Origin: the human T2T-CHM13v2.0 reference genome, Homo sapiens
Reading direction: 5' to 3' (one strand)
NCBI RefSeq assembly: GCF_009914755.1
Contig: NC_060929.1
Length of the DNA: 64,000 bases
Position 1 is the first letter of the stretch. Every line of letters begins with the position of its first letter. Below the pieces are notes generated by a model that was not told where the DNA came from, did not search any database, and was given only the letters and a program-made list of their open reading frames with translations. The position numbers were made by a program, and so were the translations under genes. Of the stretch, positions 1 through 13,751 are shown piece by piece.

Positions 1-3000
1 GTTTTTTCTGCATCTGTTGAGATAACCATAGGGTTTTTGTCCTTCATTCTTTTGATGTGATATGCATGTTTTTTTATTTGTAGGCATTAAACATCCTTGC
101 ATTCTGATATAAATCCTACTTGTTTGTGATTTATTATCCTTTTATTGTGCTATTGGATTTGGTTTACTAGTATTTTTATTGGGAATTTTTGTGTCTATGT
201 TCATCAGGGAAATAAGCTTGTTGTTTTGTTTTGTTTGTTTTTGGTTGTGCCCTTGTCTGGTTTTGATATTAGGGTGATGTTTGCCTTGTAGAATGAGTTA
301 GGGAAAATTCCCCCCTTTTATTTTTTGGAATAGTTTCAGGAAGATTAGTATTATTTCTTCTTTGTGTGTTTGGTAGACTTTGGCTGTGAATCCATCTGGT
401 CCTGGGCTTTTCTTTTTTGGGAAACTTTTTATTACTAATTGAATCTCGTACTTACTATCTGTCTGTTCAGGTCATCTATTTCTTCCTCATTCCATCTTGG
501 GAAGTTTCATGTTTCCAGAAATTTATCCACTTATTCCAGATTTTCCAGTTTGTCAGCATATTGTTGTTCATAATAGTCTCTGATAACTTTGGTATTTCTG
601 TTGTATCAGTTATAATGTCTTCTTTTTCATTTTTAATTTTGTTTATTTGGTTCTTTTTTCTTTTCTTGGTCAGTTTAGCTGGAAGTTTATCAGTTTTGTT
701 TATCTTCTTTTTTTTTTTGAGACAGAGTCTTGCTCTGTCACTCAGGCTAGAGGGCAGTGGCACCATCTCGGCTCACTGCAAGCTCCGCCTCCTGGGTTCA
801 TACCATTCTCCTGCCTCAGCCTCCCAAGTAGCTGGCACTACAGGCACCCGCCACCACGCCCAGCTAATTTTTTGTATTTTTAGTTGAGACAGGGTTCACT
901 GTATTAGCCAGGTTGGTCTCAATCTCCTGACCTCGTGATCCGCCCACCTCAGCCTCCCAAAGTGCTGGGATTACAGACATGAGCCACTGTGTTTATCTTT
1001 TCAAATAACCAACTTTTCATGTCATTGATGCTTTGTAGTGTTTTGTTAGTCTATTTCATTTAGCTCTGCTCTGATCTTTATTATCCCTTTTCTTCTGCTA
1101 ATTTGGGGTTTGATTTGTTCTTATTTTCCTAATTCCTTGAGGTACATTGTTAGATCGTTCATTTGTAATCTTTCCACTCTTTTAATGTAGGCATTTGTTG
1201 CTATAAACTTCCCTCTTAGCATTGCTTTTTTTATATCCCACAGGTTCTGGTAAATTGTATTTCCATTTTCATTTGTTTCAAGAAATGCTTTTATTTCCAT
1301 CTTGATTGCTGCATTGATCCAATGGTCATTAGGGACATGTTGTTTAATTTCCATGTAATTATATAGTTTCCAAAGTTCCTCCTGGTATTGATTTCTATTT
1401 TTACTCCATCGTGGTCTAAAAGGATACATGATATGACTTCAAGTTTTAAAAATATTTTTAGATTTATTTTGCATCTTTACATATAGTCTAGCCTGGAGAA
1501 TGTTCTATGTGTTGATTAAAAGAATGTATATTCTGCAGTTGTTGGATAGAATGTTCTGTAAATGTTAGGTTCATTTGGTCTAAAGTACAGTTCAAATCCA
1601 ATGTTTTTTAATCTAGATTTTCTGTCTAGATGATCTGCCTAATGCTGAGAGTGGGGTGGTGAAGTCCCCCACTATTATTGTATTACAGTCTGTCTCTCTC
1701 TTTAGATCTAGTAATATTTGCTTTATGAATCTGGGTGCTCTAGTGTTGAGCACATATATATTTAGAATTGTGAAATCCTCTTGGTGGATTGATGCCTTTA
1801 TTATTATGTAATGACTTTCTTTGCCTTTCTTTTTTTACTGTTGTTGATTTAAAGTGTGTTTTATCTGATATACATATAGCTACTCCTGCTTACTTTTGGT
1901 TTTTATTGCATGGTATATATTTTTCCGTCCCTTAACTTTCAGTCTTTATGTATTTACTGGTAAGATGACTTTCTTGTAAGCAGCATGCAGTTGGAAACAC
2001 GGCTTTTAAAATTTATTCAGCCATTCTATGTTTTAAGTGGATAATTCTTGGGCTTCCAAGTGGCTTACTTACTTAGATGCTGATAGTGGCAGTGGTGAAC
2101 TAGGAGAGTGGGTGGATTCTTGGTCCCCTGGGCAGCTAGTGTGGGATGGGCAATGACAGTAGCATTGGCAGGACAATTCTCTGTGTTCCAAGCAGTGTGT
2201 GTTGATATTGGCAGTGGCTGAAATAAGCTGGGTGGGCCAGTCTCCAGGCCTACAGGTGGCACTTGCGGGTAGGTGCCAACTAAGATGGCAGTGGTTGAGA
2301 GTTTAGGCCCAACCTCAGGCCCCCAGGAGGAGTGCCCTGATGCCCTATGTGGTGGGTTAGGTTGGGCAATTCCAGGACCCCAGGCCATGTGCTCTGCTGC
2401 AGGGGTGTAGGAGGGAAGTCAGGTTGGGTGGGCTTATATTCAGGCCCTGCAAGGGTAAAAGTTGGCAGCAGCCATGGTAGGCAAGGGTGGGGCATCCCTT
2501 GGACTCCTGGCAGAGTGCTTGGCTGAGGGGTGGTAGCAGCAGTGCTGAGGCTCTGCCACTGGAGAGGGTGCAGCCATACTCAGCGTCCAAGCCTGCGCCA
2601 GCAAGTAGAAAATGCATAGCCCTCTCATGTCCCAGTCCTGGTGGGGCTTGTCCTCCAGCCCTGGTAGCAGTAGCCTGGACCTAGTAATGTCCCCAACCAG
2701 GCTGCAGGACACCCCCACCCAGCTGGTGACCAAATCCCAGTGGCAACTCAAGCACCACTTGCCTTCTGGTCTTCATCTCAGCAGTGCTCACTTCCCAGCA
2801 TTAGCAGCTGCACCCCACACCTCATTCATTTCTTGATCCCAACTGCAGGAGTGCTCCCAGCTCGCTCCCTAGTCCCAGCAACCACAGCCTGGGTTTCCAT
2901 AACACCTCAGTCCCAGTGCCACTGTGCTCCAGGACAGTCTACAGTCTGTCAAAGCATGGGTTCGACAGTGGGGCCTTGCTATAGCTTCTTATGTCTTTGA

Positions 3001-3406
3001 AAAGGTATGGGACCCAGCACGAGCTCCCTCCCTGGTGTCATTTCATCCCATGGTCTCCTGGCAACTCCCCCATGTTGGTTTCAGGGGTTAGGAGGGTTGA
3101 GAGGTAATTTTGTGGCCAGCATTGCATGATTCATAGTGAGGACATGGGGCACTAGAAGGCTTTCACTCACTCTTTCCTCACATGAAGAACTTACTCACGG
3201 CTCTCAGCAAATCCTGGCCAGGGGTGCTGCCTCTCCACCTTTTCCTTCTCTACTTCTGGTGTTTCCTGTCACTTCTCTGTTGAATTCCAGTGTCTTCTCT
3301 TGGATAATATATTTGAAGTGGAACTGTTTATACACTATTTTGGTTCTTTTAAGTGGAAGGGGTGGGCATGAAATGCTTCTAGTCAGTCATCTTGAAGCCC
3401 ACCCCT
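1..3406 (-). mobile_element. Old L1 (L1M/L1MA-type): ORF2 5' part (1-~2045) joined directly to a GC-rich 5'UTR (~2045-3406); ORF1 apparently deleted
   Basis: Minus-strand ORF fragments ([28 protein letters not shown]; [17 protein letters not shown]) match L1 ORF2. The 5' terminus reads ggggtgggcttcaagatgactgactagaag on the minus strand, typical of old L1 5' ends. Confidence 0.85.
706..990 (-). mobile_element. Alu (AluY/Sc-like), slightly 5'-truncated, inserted in L1
   Basis: Poly-T followed by gagacagagtcttgctctgtc...gagccactgt; flanked by tgtttatctt on both sides. Confidence 0.95.
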
Positions 3407-3720
3407 CAGGCACAGAGAATATTTAGGCCAATGAAACTATTCCATATAATGCTATAACAGTGGATATGTGTCATTAAACATTTGTCAAAACCTATATAAT
3501 GTACATAAAAAGTTAATCTTAAACTATGGATTTTGGTTTATAATGAAGTATCAGTTTTGGTTCATTGATTGTAACAACCGGACCACACTGGTGTTGGATG
3601 TGCATGGTGGGGAGGCTGGAATGTGTGTAGCAAGAGTTTATGTGGGAACTCTATGTACTTTACATTCAGTTTTGCTGTGGACCTAAAACTGCTCTAAAAA
3701 ATAAAGTCTATTAACTATAT
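3407..3720 (+). mobile_element. L1MC-type 3' end
   Basis: Ends with tcagttttgctgtggacctaaaactgctctaaaaaataaagtctattaa, matching the recalled L1MC1 3' terminus. Confidence 0.8.
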
Positions 3721-3724
3721 TTAA

Positions 3725-4720
3725 AGGAACATCATGGAAAAAAAAGCTTAATGGATGAATTAAACAGCAGATTAGAAATAGAAAGAATTAATGAATCAGA
3801 AAAAAGTTATACACAATGCAGCATAAAGAGACAAAAACTACACACACATACATACTTATACACACACTTCATATATAGCAATGAAGTTAAGAGGTACAGA
3901 GAAAAGAATGAGAAGGACCAACATACGTCTACTCAGAGCTTCAGAAACAGCAGAGATTACAAAAAGAATAAAGGAGGCCTGGAGCAGTGGCTCATGCCTG
4001 TTAATCCTAGCACTTTGGGAGGCCAAGGCAGGTGGATCACCTGAGGTAAGGAGTTCAAGACCAAACTGGCCAACATGGGAAAACCTCGTCTCTACTAAAA
4101 ATACAAAAATTAGCTGGGCATGGTGGCACATGCCTGTAATCCCAGCTACTCCAGGGGCTAAGGCAGGAGAATCGCTTGAACCCAGGAGGTGGAGGTTACA
4201 GTGAGCTATGGGCGAAAGAGCAAGACCTCATCTCAAAAAAAAAAAAAAAGAAAGAAAGAATAAAGGAATGACAACACTTGAAGAGATTGTATAAATAATA
4301 TTCCAGAATATTCCATGCATTTTTTAATCAAGAAGCACAATGAATTCCACACAGAATAAATAAATATAAAGACACACCTACACACATCATAGTAAGATAG
4401 AAGAATACTTAGAATACAGAGTCTATCTTAAGAGCAGCTGGAAACTATACAAATTACCTACAAAGAAGAGACAAATAGACTGACAGCTGACTTCAAAATC
4501 AACAGTGGAGGCCACATAAATAATTTCTTAAATGTGCTCAGTGAAAATAAATAATCATGAACCTCAAATTTTATACTCCAAAAACCTGCCATTCAAGAAT
4601 GAATAAAAATATTTCAGAAGAACAAAACCTGAGATTCCCAGTAAAGAATTTCTAAAGGGTGTACACCAAGAGAAAGAAAAATTATTTTAGAAGAAAATCT
4701 GCAACACAAGAAATGACAAT
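3725..4720 (+). mobile_element. Degraded old L1 ORF1 fragment, interrupted by an Alu
   Basis: A-rich sequence; MDELNSRLE..ERINE resembles the L1 ORF1 coiled coil; agactgacagctgacttc motif. Confidence 0.6.
3976..4250 (+). mobile_element. AluS with a ~24-bp deletion in the right arm
   Basis: Alu dimer with poly-A; TSD aaagaataaagga on both sides. Confidence 0.95.
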
Positions 4721-4726
4721 CATACC

Positions 4727-5265
4727 CAGTAGTCCCCCATTATCTACAGTTTTAGTTACCAGTGATCAACTGCAATCTGAAAATAGGTTAGTACAGACGA
4801 TAAGATATTTTGAGAGAGAGAGAAAGAGAGTTTGACACGTATCCACCATTATTACAGTATCATATGGCACAGTTTCATTGCCCTAAAACTTCCCTGTACC
4901 TGGGGAGTGGGCTTCAAGATGACTGACCAGAAGCATTTTATGCCCACCCCTTCCACTTAGAAGAACCAAAATAGTGTATAAACAGTCACATTTCAAATAC
5001 ATTATCCAGAGAGGACACTGGAATTCAAAGGAGAAGTGACAGGAAACAGCAAAAGTGGAGAAGAAGGCAGAGAGGCATGGTGCCTGGCTGGGATTTGCCA
5101 CATTCATAGAACTTTTATCACAGTACATTGTTACAATTGTTCTATTTTATTATCAGTTATTGTTGTTAATCTCTTACTGTGCCTAATTTATAAATTAGAA
5201 TTTATTATACATATATGCGTATAGGAGAAAAACACAGTACTGTATGTATGTAGGGTTCAGTATAC
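4727..5265 (+). mobile_element. MER44/Tigger7-type DNA transposon, interrupted at 4831-5098
   Basis: Starts cagtagtcccccattatc. The internal tattttgagagagaga / ccacattca..ttgttaatctcttactgtgcctaatttataaatta sequence matches recalled MER44. Confidence 0.8.
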
Positions 5266-6251
5266 TGCTGTATAAACTCGGATGATCTTTCAGGAAGTCA
5301 ATTCAGCTTACACATTCTACCACTCTGCCAAGCCCATTCCAAACACACATTATAGATATTACTTTTCAACCATGACTCTCTTTTCAGCTTAGAGCAGAGC
5401 TTCAGAATCTTTCTCAACACAACACTCAAGATAGTTAAAGCTAATTGCTCAAAATTAAACAAATCAATTTGCCACAGTGGGATAAAAATACAAAAAGAGT
5501 CTTAGCCAAAATTCTCCAGGATATAGAGTATGAGGCAAACATTTTTGCTCCAGTGCTTTTTTGGAGGTGCAATCCTAAGGAAACATGAATGAAGGAAGCA
5601 GAAATGTGAGGCAGGGAAGGAGGGAGAGCAAATTCATCATGATGCATTAAGTATCACAATGTTGCACAAACAAAACATCTCTAAAGAGGTGCCCATACCA
5701 CTGCTTGTCAGAACAGTCCACTGGATGAAGGCAAGATGAATCCTTTTTCTGCTGGTCCCTTCCATCTTTTGTTTCTCACTGTCAAAGTCCCCCCACAGGG
5801 CAATAGCCCTCTCTCTCCCTCCTTCTCTGGGTTGTGTTGCCTGGCCTCTCCAAGCAGCCACTGGGAATGCTATGGCCTCTGTGGGTCCCATCCAGAGACA
5901 CTCACGGTGTGTCTTGTTGGAGGTGGTGCCAATGGCAGGGGCAGGGGTGGTCACCAGGGCTACCTAGGGCAGCTCCATCAGACAAGCAAGGAGAAGCAGG
6001 ACCAAACAACTTTGGGCTGTTGCATAAACCAGGTTTGGTACAAGTATGATCCCATTTTTACAAAACGTTTAAAAGGCTATGTATAACATAGATATTCACA
6101 TGTATATATTTGCATGGTTAAGTCTGAAGGGCTATACCCAAAAATGTCTATAGGGGTTACATCTAAGTGATTTTTTTCTTTGTCTTGCTTGTCTATGCCT
6201 CTTAGGCTTGCTATAATAAATTCGTATTTCCTGTATAAAATAAAGAAGCAA

Positions 6252-6570
<319 letters not shown>

Positions 6571-6978
6571 GAAGCAAAGATACACGCTGGTAATTAAAAA
6601 TCATATTTTAAAGTATAATATTATCTAATAAATCACAATAAAATTTAAAAAGTGATACTCATAAACAAAATTATAAAGTAAAAATGACCTGCAAAAAAAT
6701 TTAGTAGCATATGACAAAAAGTATATACGCCCAAGTAAGTCTCAAATGATAAATAACAAATAGAAAAATGGATAAACGGAATAAATAGGAAATGCATCCA
6801 AAATGTATATGTATGAAAAATTATTGCAATTAGAACCATGAAAGATGATTTTTTAGCCATAAAATTGACAAATATTTTTAAACAATACTGTGTTGACAAG
6901 GGTTCAGGGGAAAGCTCTTCATGCACCAATGGTAGACACATCAACTGTACATCCCAACTAAAGGACAGTTTGGAATAC

Positions 6979-7361
6979 TGTCCTTAGAGCTGAATTGTTC
7001 CTCCCTCCTCCAGATTCATGTTTTGAAGTCCTAACCATCAAAATGACTATATTTGGAGATAGGGACTTTAAGTAGGTAATTAAGGTTACACGAGGTCATA
7101 AGGGTGAGTCCCTAATCCGATGGGACTGGTGTTCTTATAAGAAGAGAAAGAGAGGCCAGAGACCTCTCTCTCTCTGATGCACACACAGGAGAAGGGCCAT
7201 GGGAGGACATAGTGGTAGCCTGCAAGTCAGGAAGAGAGCTCTTACCAGACACCAAACACTGCTGGAACCTTGCTGCCTCCAGAACAGTGAGAAAATTAAT
7301 TTCTATTGTTGAAACCACAGTCTGTGGTATTTTGCTATGATGGTCCAAGCAGACTAATACA
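6979..7361 (+). mobile_element. MaLR solo LTR (MLT1A/MLT1B-like)
   Basis: gctgaattgt..tttggagataggg..ccctaatccgatgggactggtgttcttataagaagag..gactaataca. Confidence 0.85.
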
Positions 7362-7634
7362 CATAGCAAAATATTTTTAAATGTGTATGCCTAAATTTAG
7401 CCCAGCAATTTAATTTCTGGGAATTTAGCCTAAGGAAATAACAGATAATTTTCTGCAAAATTTAGCACTGTTTCCATTAGTGAAATTTGACAGTGAAGCT
7501 GCTCATACCAGAGTATAATGTATATAATAAAATTGAAATCATGGGGTAGAAAACATTAGTGAAAAATTTAATGATATATTTTTAAGTGAAAAAAGCAGAT
7601 TACAAAATAATGTCATATGACCCCATATATACAT

Positions 7635-8000
7635 GGTGCAGTAGTCAAGCACATGGGCTTTGAGGTGCCCCGGGGGTACAGCCCAATTCATACACACTAG
7701 ATGGATGACTCTGGGCAAGTTCCCGATTGCCTAGTGCCTCAGCCTCTCCATCTATAAAAGGGGAATGCAAAGGTCTACCACCTATTGCTATGAAGATTCA
7801 GATAATGAGGCCATTATAATTAAGGGCTACTACAGATAGTGGCAGCCGAGTGGGTACTTTGGACTCAAAGAGTCAGAGGGCTTCAGACCTGGGTCCAGCC
7901 TGCCTCCACTAAGTATATGACCTCTGGCAAGTCACTCCACCTCTCCTGGCTTTAGGTTCTTCATCTTTAGAATGAGGACTCTGACTGGCTGATCTCTGAG
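7635..8000 (+). mobile_element. Two MIR fragments
   Basis: MIR core-like motifs ctctgggcaagt..gcctcagcctctccatctataaa and tgacctctggcaagtcactccacctctc. Confidence 0.6.
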
Positions 8001-10449
8001 GATCCTTGTGGCTCTAACCTCAAAGGATGAGACTCTGTGTCCCATTAATAATGGGAGCCATCATAGCTGTAAGCAACATAAAGAAGAGAACATCATCAGC
8101 TGCATATCGCAGCCCTACTCCTCTGGAAGTAAGCAGGGGTTCCCAGCCTTGCATGTAAGAGCAGAGTTTCACAGTAAACAATTCCGCCATTCCCCACGTG
8201 AGAGTGGCAGTAGTTTTCATAATCACTGGTTACAAAAATACATCATGGCAAAAAGCTATGTAGCATTGCTCTTAAATTAGTTTTTATTTTAATTAAGCCC
8301 AATAGCAACCTCATTTACTTGAAAAATCATAACACATATATGAGAGATGCTTCATTTATCTCAGCCACAGGCCACGCTTGGTGCCCTTATCTTCTTGCAG
8401 GCCCTTCATGACCACGCGAAGACCCACTGTTTGAGAACCACTCAGATAGGGACAATTTGGAAACAACTAACAAAAAGGAAGTCTCCTCAAGACCTCCCCG
8501 GGAAAGTAGGGGAGGAAGATCTTTCTTTCTCTGCCTGTCTCCAGTTTGAAACTGAGCCAAGGTGTGCAGTGTGCTTGTAGTCTCTGGGAATACTTCTGGT
8601 TAGAGTGCCAAACAGGGTCTAGACACCTCTGTAGCCCCTGGGTTTCCATGGGAACTGTGTGAGTTGAGCACTGTGCTGGAAGCAAAATGCACTCCCTCAG
8701 CAGAGCTGGAAGCATAAGAAGGTGATAGATTGGATTGTCTCCTCTTTAGATAACCTTCATCATCCAAGAAAGATATTAGCACCATCCCTGGAACTGAAAT
8801 CTTATTGTTCATTATGATTGCTGAGTGTGCAAAGCTACAAATTGCTACAGAAAACACTGGAACCCATGATTGAAGCACATGGTTTCCAGTCACTAAATGT
8901 CTCTTAGTCTAAGTTCCCTCATCTAAAACATTGAAAGTGAAAAGAATGCTAAATTCAATGTGTTGTTAATAAGATAATTAGAAGCTCCTGATAAACTACA
9001 AAGCATGATGGAAAGGTTAATTATTATTATTACTAGTAGTATCATGGAATCTTTTCAAGTTAAAAAATACTTGTTTCTCTGTCTCTGCAGAAATCTGGCA
9101 ACCCAGATAGAAAATCTTTTAATAGCATACAAGAATGACCAGTTTAATACCCAGCAAAACCCACGCATGTTTATTCATCTGTCAAAGGTGCCCTCTGTGC
9201 ATAAGAATGATCTATAGAAGCCCAAAGGTTGATTATAAAATCTCAAGTGTCTGCTTGCCTCGAGTCATTTTAGATGAGCTATTCAAAATGCATCCTAGTA
9301 ATCAGTTTGCTGTGATAGACTGGAATAACAAGGAGGAGGGCTTGATTTCCTCTGCTGGAGAGGAAGCACATCCATTGTTGCCTCCCTATCCGTGGGTTAC
9401 ATATCTAGCTCTTTGTGCTTAATAATATGACTCAAGACTTGAAATTTGTGTTCAAATGTATATGCTAGGAAAGAACATGTTACTTTATAAGAAACTGAAA
9501 AACTCACAGACAGAAATGAAATCAAACAGCTCACTTGGTATCCAGTATTTCCTAGAATTTGAGGGCCTCTTTATATTTTTTGGAAGGTATAATTCTTTCA
9601 CATTGCATATGTGCCAGTAAGTTCTTAAAAGTGGGATCTTACTAAATACATTATCGAATATTTACTTTGGTCTTATCTGCTCTGTCATGCTGAGGAAACA
9701 CTTCCAGTCCAAATTATTAATTAATATCCAATTAAAATCCCAATGCATCTTGTTAACTAGAGTTTAGGAGCACTGGGCATATCCTGGTGATCAGAAGACA
9801 TCAAGATGCAGAGAATTCAGACCTAGACTGACAATGTGTAAGCAGTGTCTCTCCTCTTTTGTCAACTTGAGGATGTCTGTGTCACTTCTCTGATCCTCCA
9901 TTTCCTTGTCTGTAAAATGAGTAAAAAATGCTTCCTAACAGAATAAAATGAGAAAATTGGGATAAAGTTGTAAATGTTAAATAAATGTTAATGATTGTTG
10001 CTGCTATTATTGGAAAGCTATTAGAGTAAGAACTGTTTGTCCAATTATTCTCAGTGGCCCAAATGCAATGATTGATAGCTGTCATTGTTATTTCCCTTAC
10101 CACCTCAGTACAGTACGAACCCCCCCAAGGAAAAACATGTGTATATGCTGAAATATTTACAGATGAAATGATGTGATGCCTGGGATTTGTTTCAAAAATA
10201 AAAAAGCAAGTTGTAAAATAATACAAGCTATATGCTTCCTTGGAGATAGATATAGATATGGAAATGAAAATGGAAACAGATGCGGATACAGACACAGGCT
10301 GAGCAGCAGAGACATAGATGTAGATATAATGCCTAATACTACTAAAGTGATTATATCTGAGAGTAATAAAAAGAGAGCTTTCTTTCCCCTAAAATTTAGA
10401 TGATTGCCTAAATTCATATCCTCAGAAATCTCCCAGCCAGCCTACCAAG

Positions 10450-10680
10450 TGATGCTCGTTGTGTTCCTTTATAGTGCCTAACACAATTCTATAAGTATAT
10501 TTTCTTTTGTTGGCTTCCTTGTTTATTGGCCGCCTCATCCATGAGACTCTACATGTCAGGACACAGAGACTATGGCTGTTTTGTTTATCATTGTGTAGCC
10601 AGAGCCTAGCTTAGAGTCTGGCACATACATATATATTAAATGAATGAATGAATGAATGAATGAATGAACAAATGAACAAG
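10450..10680 (+). mobile_element. L2 3' end with (TGAA)n tail
   Basis: ttgtttatcattgtgtagccagagcctagc..ctggcacata..tgaatgaatgaatg. Confidence 0.75.
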
Positions 10681-12304
10681 GATCCATGCAGGAAAGCAAA
10701 CGTCTCCACCCAGATAAGTGCATCAGGCTGTAAAGCTGAGGGCATGGGTTGAGTCAGTAGGCATCAAAGGACTGGCATAACAATAAATATCTGCCTGCTA
10801 TATTGGAAATGAAAGGTGAAGCATTATTGAATGATCTCTGCTTAAATTCAAAGAAACTCCTCCAGGCAATACTTACTTAAGAATCCAGATCTTTAAAATC
10901 AAACCCCCTCCTGCAGATGGGGAAACTAAAACCAGAGAAATCACACAGTTGGTAGGTGGCAGAGCTGGAAGCCCAGGTCCTTGTCTGTCAGCCTAGCACT
11001 CTCTCAACTGGCCCTCACTGACCCCATTGTAACAGCAATATATCCCAGGCACTCACAGACTGATTGCTCCAGAGGTTCTTCTTGGCTTTTGTTGGCACTG
11101 GAGCCTGAAAGTAAATGAATAGACTTGCTTTTCCTATGGCCTTTTTATAGGTTGTTTATCACATAAAATACAGATTTATACCTAGTTTGACACCAACATT
11201 CCTTTTATTGCAGAACTATCTCAAATCCCAAACCAATATGAAACTCACTTTCTTCCTCTGACTTCCACAAAAACTTGCCCAGTGTCCCTCAGAGCCAGGT
11301 TTGCAGTTCATTGTCAACTTCGTTGGTGTTTTATAGTTATATTTAATTACATGTGATACACGTATTAAATGCATGTAATAGTAATTACATGTATTGAATG
11401 CTTACTGTATGCCAGGCACTATTCTACATGTGTCACATGTTGTGACCAATGTTCAAAACAACCCTATGGAAAAGTGATATTACGCCCATTTAAAACATGT
11501 GAACTGGGACACAGGTTTCAATAACTCACCTAATTAGCAAGCGGAGGAACTGGGATTGGACCCAAGCAGTCCAGAAACCACACTGATAACTAAAAGTGGT
11601 TGTGTTGTCATTTTGTTGTTGTTAAATAAGATAGGTGTTTATTTCTGTGTTGAACACTAGCACAGACGTACCTGGTCCAGGGCTGTGGGGGAGACTCCAC
11701 CTTCCTCAACATGTCCCTCTTATCTCTAATCCAAGACTGTGGCTCTGCTAACCGCCGCTTCCCAGTCAGTGGGAAGGTGGAAAGAGGAATACTGGAGCAA
11801 ACCGCTTCCCTTTCTCTTTCTTTAGCAACTTTTCATCTTGAAAAATTTCAACTCTATAGAAAAAAAAGGAAAGACAAAAAAATGGAACCAAGAGCTTTTC
11901 ACCCAGATTGATTAATTGTGGACATTTTGCTACATTTACGCTATCTCTCCCAGCCCATTAGAAACATTATAAATGAAAATAGTTCACTTGATGAGGTAAA
12001 ATATTGAGGATAACTTTTTTATTCCCTTTATGGTCAGAATGTTTGTCCCGCAAACACACAGCACACAAGAAAAAACTTTTTTAAAAACATAAACACATGA
12101 AAGCCACAACACAAATGTGGCCAGCCTAGTTTCTCCATACAACATAGAGATAGAGTAAACAGAGAGGCAACTGGGATAGAAACAGAATGAACTTTGGAGG
12201 CTGGATGCAAGCCGCAGCTCCACTACTTTCTGAGCTTTGTGATAATTGGGCAAATTACTTAGCCTCCCTGAGCTTCCATTTCCTCCTGGGTAAAATGTAT
12301 AGGA

Positions 12305-12425
12305 ATTATTAAAGATCTGTATTTCCAATGATTCTAATTTAGTAGGTCCAAGGAATCTGCCAAAAATCTGCCTTTTTAACAAGTTCAATGTAGGTGGTTC
12401 ACAGAACACATTCTGAGAAACATTG
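12305..12425. mobile_element. MER5B-like hAT fragment
   Basis: gattctaatttagtaggtc..ggaatctgc..tttttaacaag..tgagaaacattg. Confidence 0.55.
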
Positions 12426-13722
12426 AGTAGGAAGGAAGTTAGCTAAGGAATTTCTAAAATGGGGGAAAGAGACCTCAAGCCCTTTACAATGTCTCTTCGG
12501 CTCTTCCTTCCCCCACTATACCCCCTTCCCCTTCCCCTTCCCTTATCTTCTCCCGCCTTGGAGGCACCACAGTTTTACCTCTCTGGCTCCAGTTTGGTCT
12601 TCTCCAAGTGAAGTCCTCCTATATCATCTTCTTTACCCTACATCCCACCCCTAATTCATCCAAGTTTTCCCACCGGTCTCTAACATAAAGCTCATGCTTC
12701 AGACAGCCCTGTCTGCACCTACAACACCTCCCACTTGCCCTTACTCTCTGCCTCCTGTTCAGAGCCCATCTCGGGTCCTCCTCTTCCAAGAAACCCTCCC
12801 TCATTATTCCCACCACCCTGAGATCCCCACTCCTTAAACGGTTTAGCATTTAACTCTACTTTGCATTATTCTCCTGGCCCCCTTGTTTTATTCTGAGCAC
12901 CTCTAAATAAGCTCTGAGCCCCTTGAGGAGCAGTGATCTCTCTTTCCTCATATTCTCTGTGACACTTAGCATACTACTAGACACATAGTAGGCACCAACT
13001 CAACCTAAACTGACTGGCCGATTACTTAACTGACTTATTGAGGACGTCTAGATGAGATCACAGAAAGCAGCTCTGAAAGGGTGAGAACAAGTGTGGAGCT
13101 TATAGGTTGATGAACCCACTTAGGGGCTCTTGAGTAGCGTTGACCAATCTTTGAGGCTGTTTTAAATAATGAGCTGTTAGTTAAGTGGCAAGATAAAAGT
13201 AGAGTTCACAATAAAATCTAAAATGAATGAAAAGCAATGGGGAAACAGCTGCTGTCTCATGCTCTGTTGTCTCTTTGATGAGTTTCAATTAAAAATAGCC
13301 TTAATACATAAAATTCCCTGGCGAGTTCCCTTTATTGTCCCTTTAATATGTTACTAAGGAGTTATTGGTATCATTTCATGGCTCCAGCACAAATGCCTCT
13401 AGGATTTATTGCTAGGTTCACATCTCTGCTCTTTTATAGATTTCTTCCAAGAAGGGCTTGAATACAGGGCTCCCATTATACGTCCCTTGTGGTAGTTTGG
13501 CTACAGCAAGCTGCATCAGCAAATGGCAATAAAGCTCACCAAGGCAACAACGATTACTCACCAGCAGAGTTTGATTTAGAGCAGAATGTTTCTAGAAAGA
13601 TTCTGATGTAACCCTTTTACTTCCATCTCCCAAGAACATAGAAATGGAAAAATCAATTACAGCTCTCGGGTTTCATATGTTGCTGAGTTTTGCCATAGCA
13701 GGAGGCAGGATGGTAAAAAATA

Positions 13723-13751
13723 CACACACACACACACACCCGCACACACAC
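13723..13751 (+). repeat. (CA)n microsatellite
   Basis: Seen directly. Confidence 0.9.

Noticed and set aside
417-887. 156-aa hydrophobic ORF, and similar ORFs at 3881, 6077, 43228, 46083 and 47380
   Set aside because: These are translations of antisense L1 and Alu sequence.
11340-11440. Cluster of acatgt/tgcatg palindromic words
   Set aside because: Short, AT-rich and adjacent to a MIR fragment; no extended hairpin.
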